Below are positions 40,262 to 49,114 of a stretch of DNA of 64,000 nt, piece by piece; positions within the stretch are counted from its first letter, which is position 1; each line of letters starts with the position of its first letter. This DNA comes from an uncultured Spirochaetota bacterium (GTDB lineage Bacteria > Spirochaetota > Brevinematia > Brevinematales > JAOACQ01), in contig CAWAOD010000011.1 of NCBI GenBank assembly GCA_963783575.1, positions 288,001-352,000 of the forward strand. The letters are read 5' to 3'. The position numbers were made by a program, and so were the translations under genes. The notes under the pieces were generated by a model. It was not told the DNA's origin and did no database searches. It was given only the letters and a program-made list of their open reading frames with translations.

Positions 40262-40966
40262 ATGATTAATAAAAATGTTGGAACATTGAATGAAATAAAA
40301 AGATTTGAATGGGTAATTGATAAATTAAAAAGAATACCTTCAGGTAAAAAGATCTTAGATGCGGGTGCCGGAAAAATGAAATATAAACCTTATTGTTCCC
40401 ATTTAGAATATGTATCTCAAGATTTCGGGAAATATGATGGTATGGGTGATGGTAAAGGACTTCAGACAAATGTTAGAGATAATACTAAAATAGATATAAT
40501 ATCAGATATTATTAAAATTCCAAGAAAAAGTAAATCTTTTGATGCTGTGATGTGTATAGAAGTATTAGAACACTTGCCGGAGCCTTTGTTGGCATTGAAA
40601 GAATTAGCTAGATTAATAATAAAGGGGGGGGATTTAATTTTAACTGCTCCTTTTTGTAGTTTGACGCATTTATCACCATATCATTTCACTACGGGCTTTA
40701 ATAGATATTTTTATGAATATCATATGAAAAAACTAGGATTTGAAATAATAGAAATAACTGAAAACGGTAATTTTTTTGAATTTCTTGCACAGGAAGTTCG
40801 TAGAATTCCATATTGTTTACAAAAATATTGTTCTGAGATAACTACGGATGAAGATAACAATTTAATTGATGAAATATTGATTATGTTACAAAGATTTGCG
40901 GAAAAAGATCATTCTTCTCAAGAATTACTATGTTTTGGCTATCATATATTAGCGAAAAAGATCTAG
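40262..40966 (+). CDS. Class I SAM-dependent methyltransferase
   Basis: LDAGAG, FDAVMCIEVLEH, LTAPF; in-frame G8 tract at 40624-40631. Confidence 0.88.
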   Translation: MINKNVGTLNEIKRFEWVIDKLKRIPSGKKILDAGAGKMKYKPYCSHLEYVSQDFGKYDGMGDGKGLQTNVRDNTKIDIISDIIKIPRKSKSFDAVMCIEVLEHLPEPLLALKELARLIIKGGDLILTAPFCSLTHLSPYHFTTGFNRYFYEYHMKKLGFEIIEITENGNFFEFLAQEVRRIPYCLQKYCSEITTDEDNNLIDEILIMLQRFAEKDHSSQELLCFGYHILAKKI

Positions 40967-40996
40967 TTTACAGGAGTTTTTATTGAAAATTATAAG

Positions 40997-41080
40997 AAAT
41001 TATCCTATGATCTAGGAAACCAAATGTTTCAATATGATATAGGCAGGAATATATCATTTCAAAATAAAGTCAAAATATAA
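40997..41080 (+). pseudogene. Decayed 5' fragment of a GT11 glycosyltransferase
   Basis: KLSYDLGNQMFQYDIGRNISFQNK* aligns with KLSGGLGNQMFQYATGLSLSLKNK of 42501..43316. Confidence 0.7.
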
Positions 41081-41239
41081 AATTAATATACAAAATTAAG
41101 AAGATAAATTTTTTGGTAATTATTCATTTATATAAAATGATTAATTTAAAATTACTGAAAATAATCATATAGATTGAATTTTAACAAGAAAAGATAAATG
41201 TTTTTTTTTATAGATTAATTATGAATAATGAGGAAATAA

Positions 41240-42499
41240 ATGTTTTGGAATGAGAGGCTCAATTATGATGAACTTCCTGATTTAGGAAAGTCGCAATATT
41301 GGAGTCTGAACAAATTAAAGAAGTTTCAAAATGAAAGACTGAAAATAATTATTAATTATGCTTATCATAATATAAAAGCTTATAAAGAAAAATTCGATTT
41401 TACCAGTATTTCCCCAAAAGATATCAAATCAACAGATGATTTACATAAAATACCAATTACCACACGTGAGGAAATGCAAAACAATCAGAATTTTATTAAT
41501 AATTCTTTGGTTACAAATACACTGTATACAGGTGGTTCAACTGGATCTTCACTTACATATTACGAATCCCAATTGGGTAGTCAAATGAGATGGAATGCCC
41601 ATTTGAGAGGCTGGTCTTGGAATGGGTATAACCCAGAAAAAAAAATAGCTATTATAGCATCCCTGCAGGGTGGACTTTCTGAAAATGACAAAACTTTAAA
41701 TCTTATTGGAGACTTGACGGAAGAAAATTTAAAACATAATACTAAAAAACTCATTGAATTTCAACCCCAACATATACGAGGGTATGTCAGTTCTATATAT
41801 ATAATGTCAAAATATTGTTTGGATCATGATATTAAAATATTGGGAATTGAGTCGATTGATCCTATATCAGAGAATTTATATGAGTTTCAGAGGGAAATTA
41901 TTGAAAAAGTTTTTAACTGTAAGGTTTTTGAAGAGTATTGCTGTAATGATGGTGGAGCATGTGCCTGGGAATGCGAAGAACATAGCAACGGCTTACATTA
42001 TTTTATGGAAAGAGCGATAATTGAAGAAATTGATGGAGAAATGATAGTAACTGATTTATGGAATTTAGGAATGCCTTTTATCAGATACAGGAATGGTGAT
42101 CTGGTAGAATTTATAGAAAAGAAGTGTTCTTGCGGTAGAACTTTACCTTTAGTTAAAGTAAAGGGAAGAACAAATGATCTAATAATATCAAAGTCAGGGC
42201 CTATAAGTCCTACATTTTTGATGCATCATGGAATAGGAATTGGTTCTGCAAATTTTAGGTCAGGTATTAGAACGATACAATATATTCAGAAAAAAAACTA
42301 TCTTCTTGAATTAAATATTGTTAAAAATGATTGGTGTACAAATAAAGAGATTGAGGATTTAAAAAATAAAATTTTAGAAATTACACATGGAATGGAAATT
42401 AATATAAATTTTGTAAAAGAAATAATAACAACTGCAAAGGGTAAACGAAGATTTATTATCAATGAAGATGAAGAATTGTTGAATCAATGGGGATATTAA
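41240..42499 (+). CDS. Phenylacetate-CoA-ligase-like (CapK-type) adenylate-forming enzyme
   Basis: TGGSTG, MPFIRYRNGD, CSCGR, GRTND, KGKRR. Confidence 0.85.
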   Translation: MFWNERLNYDELPDLGKSQYWSLNKLKKFQNERLKIIINYAYHNIKAYKEKFDFTSISPKDIKSTDDLHKIPITTREEMQNNQNFINNSLVTNTLYTGGSTGSSLTYYESQLGSQMRWNAHLRGWSWNGYNPEKKIAIIASLQGGLSENDKTLNLIGDLTEENLKHNTKKLIEFQPQHIRGYVSSIYIMSKYCLDHDIKILGIESIDPISENLYEFQREIIEKVFNCKVFEEYCCNDGGACAWECEEHSNGLHYFMERAIIEEIDGEMIVTDLWNLGMPFIRYRNGDLVEFIEKKCSCGRTLPLVKVKGRTNDLIISKSGPISPTFLMHHGIGIGSANFRSGIRTIQYIQKKNYLLELNIVKNDWCTNKEIEDLKNKILEITHGMEININFVKEIITTAKGKRRFIINEDEELLNQWGY

Positions 42500-42500
42500 G

Positions 42501-43316
42501 TTGATAGTTGTTAAACTTTCTGGTGGTCTTGGTAATCAAATGTTCCAGTATGCTACAGGATTGAGTTTATCCCTTAAAAATAAAACCCAACTTTTACTTG
42601 ATTTATCTTATCTATTAGATAAAAGCCTAAGAGAGAATATAACTCATAGAGAATATGCATTAAATTGCTTTAAAATAAAAGCTAGATTTTTAAATAAAGT
42701 CGATGATTTAACTATAATAAAACAAAAAAATCTATTGTTTAATCCTGTAATATTAAATTCATCAAATAATACTTACTTGGACGGATACTGGCAATGTGAG
42801 AAATATTTTATTAATATTAGATCGAGACTTCTCAAAGAATTTAAATTAAAGATGAAACCGGACTATAATAATAAAGAACTGTTAAAAATAATAAACCATT
42901 GTAATTCAGTTGCGATCCATATAAGAAGAGGGGATTATGTGGCAAATCCACATACTAATCAGGTTCATGGTTTGTGTTCTATGGATTATTATAAGAAGGC
43001 TATAGATTATATTAATAAGAATGTTAAAAATCCGATTTATTATGTCTTTTCAGATGATCCTGAATGGTGTAGAATTAATTTAATTTTCAGAAATCAATAT
43101 GAAGTAGTTGATATTAACACTTCAAATCAGGCTAGTGAAGATTTAAAATTGATGTCAAGTTGTAAACATTTCATAATTGCAAACAGTTCTTTCAGCTGGT
43201 GGGGTGCGTGGTTGTCCAAGAATAAAAATAAGATAGTTATAGCGCCTAAGCGATGGTTCAATAAAGAAGAAGCAAATATTAATGATATAGTTCCGGAAAA
43301 ATGGATTAGAATTTAG
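42501..43316 (+). CDS. GT11 alpha-1,2-fucosyltransferase-like glycosyltransferase
   Basis: GGLGNQMFQY, GYWQ, HIRRGDY, FSDD, NSSFSWWGAWL. Confidence 0.93.
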   Translation: MIVVKLSGGLGNQMFQYATGLSLSLKNKTQLLLDLSYLLDKSLRENITHREYALNCFKIKARFLNKVDDLTIIKQKNLLFNPVILNSSNNTYLDGYWQCEKYFINIRSRLLKEFKLKMKPDYNNKELLKIINHCNSVAIHIRRGDYVANPHTNQVHGLCSMDYYKKAIDYINKNVKNPIYYVFSDDPEWCRINLIFRNQYEVVDINTSNQASEDLKLMSSCKHFIIANSSFSWWGAWLSKNKNKIVIAPKRWFNKEEANINDIVPEKWIRI

Positions 43317-43391
43317 AAAATTAAAAACATATTACAATATATCTATTTGTATTTACTATAAATTATAATGGTATAAGGAGGAGAAGTCCTC

Positions 43392-43680
43392 TTGGATACC
43401 AATCTGAAAAAATTGATTTAATAATGAACAAGTTCGCAATTATAGAAATATTAATGGTTTATGGAAGGCTGGAGCATATCCGATAGATGCTTGAAATTTA
43501 TAAGGAAAATGATATAATTAATGTTGTGAAGAGATCGAAAAATATCGATAATAAAACGGCGAATTATTGTGGCCATATGCTTAATATTTCCATAGAGTAT
43601 ATTATAAGCATTACGAAACCGACAGCGATGAAATGATTCATATATTAAATGAATTTTTGAAACACATTTCTTCTGAAGTA
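43392..43680 (+). pseudogene. Decayed copy of the DUF6922-like gene plus possible AbiEii start remnant
   Basis: EKIDLIMNKFAIIEILMVYGRLEHIR*MLEIYKENDIINVVKRSKNIDNKTANY aligns with 59138..59404; FLKHISSEV (about 43654-43680) resembles MYLETISSEM of 59413. Confidence 0.75.
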
Positions 43681-43715
43681 TAAAAGTACTAATTTTAAAG
43701 AAATAAGGAATATCA

Positions 43716-44693
43716 ATGCAGACAGTATTATTAACCGGCTGCGCCGGTTTTGTCGGGCAAAAAACAGCAGAATTATTGCTTGAGAAAGGATATAGTGTGA
43801 TCGGTATAGATAATTTAAATGATTATTATTCCATCCAACTAAAAAAACATCGGTTAAATCAACTGATGAATAAACAAAATTTTATGTTTTATAATTTAGA
43901 TATAGAAAATAAAGACGCTTTAGAATCTGTTTTTTCCAATAATCATATCAAAGCAGTTATTAATCTTGCCGCCAGAGCTGGCGTAAGGTACAGTATTGTT
44001 AATCCATATATTTATTTTAGCACCAATGTTATTGGTACAATGAATATTTTGGAACAAATGAAAGATCATAAAGTAAAAAAAATGGTGCTGGCATCCAGTT
44101 CATCTTTATACGCCGGCCATCACTTGCCTTTTAAAGAGGATGAGCCGGTTAATAAGCCGATATCCCAATATGCGGCATCGAAAAAGGCTGCTGAGGTTTT
44201 GGCTTATACATATCATCATCTCTATTCCATAGATATTTCTATCCTGCGGTATTTCACGGTTTACGGACCTGCCGGAAGGCCGGATATGAGTTATTTTAAG
44301 TTTATTAAAAGTATCGATGAAGGAAAACCGATAAATATTTTCGGTGATGGCAAGCAATCCAGGGATTTTACTTATATTGATGATATCGCTGATGGAACTG
44401 TTAAAGCGCTCAGGAATGTGAACTACGAGATTATAAATCTCGGCGGCGGGAAAAAGCCGATCATAATCAATGATATGGTTGGGTTAATAGAGGGATATCT
44501 AAACAAAAAAGCTATTATCGAATATTTGCCTTTTAATGGTGCTGATATGATGGAAACCGGCGCTGATATCGGTAAGGCTAAAAATCTACTTAATTGGGAA
44601 CCCGGAATTGATTTTGAAGAAGGGATTAAAAAATGTGTGGAATGGTACATTCAGAATAGAGATTGGCTGTGGAATATTGACGTTGTTGATTAG
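43716..44693 (+). CDS. UDP-glucuronate 4-epimerase-like SDR
   Basis: TGCAGFVG, LAARAGVRYS, YAASKK, FTVYGPAGRPDM, RDFTYIDD. Confidence 0.9.
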   Translation: MQTVLLTGCAGFVGQKTAELLLEKGYSVIGIDNLNDYYSIQLKKHRLNQLMNKQNFMFYNLDIENKDALESVFSNNHIKAVINLAARAGVRYSIVNPYIYFSTNVIGTMNILEQMKDHKVKKMVLASSSSLYAGHHLPFKEDEPVNKPISQYAASKKAAEVLAYTYHHLYSIDISILRYFTVYGPAGRPDMSYFKFIKSIDEGKPINIFGDGKQSRDFTYIDDIADGTVKALRNVNYEIINLGGGKKPIIINDMVGLIEGYLNKKAIIEYLPFNGADMMETGADIGKAKNLLNWEPGIDFEEGIKKCVEWYIQNRDWLWNIDVVD

Positions 44694-44766
44694 TAATTAT
44701 AAAAAATGATTTTTTTTAATATTCATCTTATAATATTTGATTATAAAATAGCAATAGGACTTAAAA

Positions 44767-47700
44767 ATGCCGAAAGTCAGCGTGATCATACCGTGTTATA
44801 ATCTGGGTCAATATCTGGAAGAGGCTGTAGATTCAGTTCTTAATCAAACATACCAGGATTTTGAAATCATTATTGTTAATGACGGTTCCACCGATGAATT
44901 TACAGTCAATCTTCTTAAAAATTATCAAAAACCGAAGACCACCCTATTAAATACAAAGAACCAGGGACTTCCTTCTGCGAGGAATTATGGAATTGAACAT
45001 TCAAGTGGGGAATATGTTTGCTGTCTGGATGCTGATGATAAATTTCATCCCAAATATTTAGAAAAAACTTTACAAAAACTTGTTAAAGATAAAAAAAAGG
45101 AATTTGGCTTTGTTACAACTTGGGTTGAGTTATTTGGTAATGAAAACAGGATATGGGAAACAGGTAATTATAACCCCGAACAGTTATCCTTTGAGAATAT
45201 TATTCATGTAGCTTCATTATTTAGAAGAATTTGCTGGGATAAAGTTAATGGATACGCTAAAAACCTAGTTGGATATCAAGACTGGAATTTCTGGTTATCA
45301 ATAATAAGTGAAGGGTTCAAATGGATTTGTATTAAAGAACCTTTATTTTATTATAGAATTAGAAAGAATTCTATGGTTTCAGGATCAAATAAAAAACGTA
45401 ATATACTTTTTAAAAGGATAATCACAAATAATATTAAATTCTACAATAAAAATGTAAAAGAAATATTGTCATGTTTACGAGAAAAATGGTTAGTTGTCAG
45501 TGAGATGTATAATAATTCAAAATCAATATTAATTAATACTGAGTTCCAATTAAATGATATCAATATAAAATTATTAGATACAGAAAAGCAATTAAAAGAA
45601 GCATGGTATGATTCCAAAAATAATTGGGAAAATGCAAAACATGCTTGGAGTATTGTCGATCAAACTAATCAAAAACTATCAATAACTGAAAGTTTGATAA
45701 AAGGAAAAGAGCTAAATATTTTATCACTACAATCTCAGTTAGAAATTTCAAAACAACAATTTAATAATAATGAATTATTATTAAAAGACACATCTGGCAA
45801 ATTATTAAAAATAGAAGAAGAATTGAATAATTATAAAGAAAAATTAATAAATACTGAGCAACAATTGAAAGAAGCGTGGCAAGATTCTAAAAGTAATTGG
45901 GAAAATGCGAAACTTGCATGGGGTATAAATGAAAGAACAAATCAAAAATTCTTTGAGGTTAATAATAATTTAGATATATTGAAACAAGATTTATTAATTT
46001 TAAAAGAAGAATTTAATAGGGAAAAAATAAAAAATGATTCATTAGAGGATAAAAATAATCAAATAACAAAAAAGTTGCAAGAAACCGAGGGTGAGTTAAG
46101 CATAACGAAGCAAAAGTTGCAAGAAACTGAGAGTGAGTTAAGAAAAATTATTACTTCAAAATCATATCAATTCATTGTATTATTTAAAGAGTCCAGACTG
46201 TCCAAAAAGAAATTCTTATTATTACCTTTCAGAATAATTTGGTTTTTTGTACCTCAAATAATAAAAAAGAGATTTAATAAATCTAAAAATTTTAAAAATA
46301 TAATATATTTTTTAAAAGAGTTTCCTGTTTTTAAAAATTCTCCAAATATTACTGTATTAATGCCTGTTTATAATGCGGAAAAATATCTAAAAGAAGCAAT
46401 AGAAAGCATATTATGTCAAACATGTTCTAATTTTGAATTATTAATAATAAATGATGGTTCAACAGATAGTTCAAAAAGTATAATTAATTCATACTATGAT
46501 TACAGAATAAGATTAATAAATAACAAAAAAAATATTGGTATAACGAAAAGTTTAAATAAAGGATTAAAACTGGCTAAAGGGAAATTTATTGCACGAATGG
46601 ATGCAGATGATGTAGCATATCCAACAAGATTGGAAAGGCAATATAATTATATGGTCGAAAATAAGATAGACTTCTTAGGTTCTTATTTTCATGCATTTAA
46701 TGAATTAAATACAATCAATTATATTGGAGAATCACCACAATATCATTCATCATTATTATATCATTTTTGTTTTAGAAATTGTTTAGTACATTCATCAATG
46801 ATGTTTATAAAGAAAGCTGTTATCAATATCGGTGGTTATGATATGAATGCAAAGCATGTAGAGGACTATAATTTATGGTGTGATGCAATTAAGAAATATC
46901 GTTTCGGTGTTATCCCGGAAGCCCTTCAAAAATACAGGTTTAATGATGAATCAATTTCTATTAATCATTCAGATTTTCAGAATTACAATGCGTATAAAAT
47001 TACTAAAAGATTTTTATTATTTATTGCTCCGGAATGTGAAAATGATATTATAGATACTACTCTTGATCTAATTTATTATTCTTCAACATTTGAAATAAAT
47101 GAAATTAAAAAGAAAAAAGCATTGGAGTTATTAACTTATATTGAAGAAAAGATAAATAAGAACATCCCGGAAATTGAAAAACAGAAAATTAGTTTTATAA
47201 AAGGATATTTAAGTGAAAATATAAATAATAGCAGTATTGAAAAAATAGGGAATTATTATAATAAAGTGAGGCAAGAGTTATTGGAGTATTCTAAAAACAG
47301 TTGTCAAAATAATAAAAAGAATAATAGGAAAGATATTACAATTGTAATTTTATCTTTTAATAGAATTCAAATGACAGAAATGTGTATTAAATCGATTATA
47401 GAAAATTTTGATAATAACAGTAAAATTTTAGTAATTGATAATGCTTCATCGGATGCTACTATATTGAGATTAAAAGAATTAGAAAAATCATACAAAAATA
47501 TTAATTTTATTTATTTAGACGAAAATCTTGGTGGTGGTGGTGGTAGGGTTGAATCATTAAAATATATTACAACTAAATATGTTCTATTTTTAGACAATGA
47601 TATAGAAGTAATGCCTAATAGTATCGAGAACATGTATGATTTTATTGAAAATAATCCGGATTGTACAGTAGTTTCAGGAAAATTGGTTTTCCCTAATGGT

Positions 47701-48195
47701 TTAATACAGTTATTCGGATTAGAATATTCAATTGATAATTCTATTTTAAGATATCATTTTCCTGATGCAGGTAAAAAATTTAATGATAATTCATTAATAA
47801 AGGAAAAAATAGGAAATTGGATTAACGTAGGTTCTACAATATATAGAACAGATATTTTGAAAAAATATCCTTTCGATAACAGCATTGGAAAATATTTCTA
47901 TGAAGATATTGAATGGTGCATAAATAATCGAGATAAAAGTTTTAAGTATTATTTTTTAGGTGATTCAATATTTATTCATAATCATGAAATGTTTGGAATA
48001 GATAAAGATATTGATTACTTAAAAGTAAAGCAAAATGTTAATAAACGAATAATATATGCTATTTATTTATTCTTTAATAAACATCATCTTTTCTTACAAG
48101 AAATATTTTCATATTTACCAGAATGTAATGGAAAAGAAAAAAATGAAGTGGAAAAAATAATAATAAAGAGGATATCCTATGATGAAAGTAAATAA
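44767..48195 (+). CDS. Multi-domain glycosyltransferase: GT2 - coiled coil - GT2 - GT2
   Basis: Three GT2 starts (VSVIIPCYN, ITVLMPVYN, ITIVILSFN) with DADD/DADD/DND motifs; long heptad region. Confidence 0.9.
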   Translation: MPKVSVIIPCYNLGQYLEEAVDSVLNQTYQDFEIIIVNDGSTDEFTVNLLKNYQKPKTTLLNTKNQGLPSARNYGIEHSSGEYVCCLDADDKFHPKYLEKTLQKLVKDKKKEFGFVTTWVELFGNENRIWETGNYNPEQLSFENIIHVASLFRRICWDKVNGYAKNLVGYQDWNFWLSIISEGFKWICIKEPLFYYRIRKNSMVSGSNKKRNILFKRIITNNIKFYNKNVKEILSCLREKWLVVSEMYNNSKSILINTEFQLNDINIKLLDTEKQLKEAWYDSKNNWENAKHAWSIVDQTNQKLSITESLIKGKELNILSLQSQLEISKQQFNNNELLLKDTSGKLLKIEEELNNYKEKLINTEQQLKEAWQDSKSNWENAKLAWGINERTNQKFFEVNNNLDILKQDLLILKEEFNREKIKNDSLEDKNNQITKKLQETEGELSITKQKLQETESELRKIITSKSYQFIVLFKESRLSKKKFLLLPFRIIWFFVPQIIKKRFNKSKNFKNIIYFLKEFPVFKNSPNITVLMPVYNAEKYLKEAIESILCQTCSNFELLIINDGSTDSSKSIINSYYDYRIRLINNKKNIGITKSLNKGLKLAKGKFIARMDADDVAYPTRLERQYNYMVENKIDFLGSYFHAFNELNTINYIGESPQYHSSLLYHFCFRNCLVHSSMMFIKKAVINIGGYDMNAKHVEDYNLWCDAIKKYRFGVIPEALQKYRFNDESISINHSDFQNYNAYKITKRFLLFIAPECENDIIDTTLDLIYYSSTFEINEIKKKKALELLTYIEEKINKNIPEIEKQKISFIKGYLSENINNSSIEKIGNYYNKVRQELLEYSKNSCQNNKKNNRKDITIVILSFNRIQMTEMCIKSIIENFDNNSKILVIDNASSDATILRLKELEKSYKNINFIYLDENLGGGGGRVESLKYITTKYVLFLDNDIEVMPNSIENMYDFIENNPDCTVVSGKLVFPNGLIQLFGLEYSIDNSILRYHFPDAGKKFNDNSLIKEKIGNWINVGSTIYRTDILKKYPFDNSIGKYFYEDIEWCINNRDKSFKYYFLGDSIFIHNHEMFGIDKDIDYLKVKQNVNKRIIYAIYLFFNKHHLFLQEIFSYLPECNGKEKNEVEKIIIKRISYDESK
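45568..45948 (+). repeat. Internal 36-codon duplication at 273-bp (91 aa = 13 heptads) spacing
   Basis: KLLDTEKQLKEAWYDSKNNWENAKHAWSIVDQTNQK (45568-45675) vs KLINTEQQLKEAWQDSKSNWENAKLAWGINERTNQK (45841-45948). Confidence 0.9.
46070..46142 (+). repeat. 42-bp-period tandem repeat (14 aa = two heptads)
   Basis: AAAAGTTGCAAGAAACCGAGGGTGAGTTAAG (46070) / AAAAGTTGCAAGAAACTGAGAGTGAGTTAAG (46112). Confidence 0.9.
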
Positions 48196-49099
48196 AAAGA
48201 TGTTAGGTTTATCAGATAAAAATTTAAATTTATCATTTGATCAATATCAAAGATATAAAATTGTTTCTGATATAATAAGAAATATTTATAAAAAAGGTTC
48301 TAGTATTTTAGAAGTTGGAGCTTCTTATCAGAAACAATTAAATCAATTTATGCCAGATTATAAAATTAAATACTTAGATATAGAAATTCCTTCGGAATTT
48401 AGAAACGATTCTGATTTTATATTAGGTGATGGGACTAATATGGATTTCGAAAATGAATCATTTGATATTGTTATTTCTATAGATTCTTTAGAACATATTT
48501 CTGAAAAACAAAGAGAAGCATATATCAATGAGATGTTGCGGGTATCTAAGAAGGGTTTTATTATAGCAGCTCCTTTTAATACTAATAATGTTCATAATGC
48601 TGAAGTTGATGCAAATAATACATTTAAAAGACTTACTGGAAGAGATTATCGGTGGCTTTTTGAACATATAAATAATGGTTTGCCCAGCTTAGATAAAACA
48701 ATAGATTATATAAAATCAAAAGGTTATTATACAACTGTATTTGAAAATGGTTATTTGCCTAATTGGTTAAAACTGATAAAATTTTATTTTCAATCGGAAG
48801 GTATTGGCATTGGTTCGAGTTGTTTTGAAGAATTAAGCAGTTTTTATAATAAATATATGTATTTTGATGATTTGAAAAACCCATCATATAGAAAAGTGAT
48901 ATTAGCTGTTAAGGAAAAGAAATATATAAAATTTAATAATAAAATAAAAAATGATAAGAATTTTAAAAAAGATATAGTTGGACTAATAAATTTATCTACT
49001 AAAATATTATCACTAACAACTGAAAGATATATAACCTTAAATGATGCTTATAATCAATTGCTTACTCAATTTGAATCACTTAAAAAAACAAAATTATAA
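48179..49099 (+). CDS. Class I SAM-dependent methyltransferase (candidate glycan chain-capping enzyme)
   Basis: FDQYQRY, LEVGA, FDIVISIDSLEH, EH..NGLP; lies between the two giant GTs. Confidence 0.8.
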   Translation: MMKVNKKMLGLSDKNLNLSFDQYQRYKIVSDIIRNIYKKGSSILEVGASYQKQLNQFMPDYKIKYLDIEIPSEFRNDSDFILGDGTNMDFENESFDIVISIDSLEHISEKQREAYINEMLRVSKKGFIIAAPFNTNNVHNAEVDANNTFKRLTGRDYRWLFEHINNGLPSLDKTIDYIKSKGYYTTVFENGYLPNWLKLIKFYFQSEGIGIGSSCFEELSSFYNKYMYFDDLKNPSYRKVILAVKEKKYIKFNNKIKNDKNFKKDIVGLINLSTKILSLTTERYITLNDAYNQLLTQFESLKKTKL

Positions 49100-49114
49100 A
49101 GAAAATTTTAAGGG

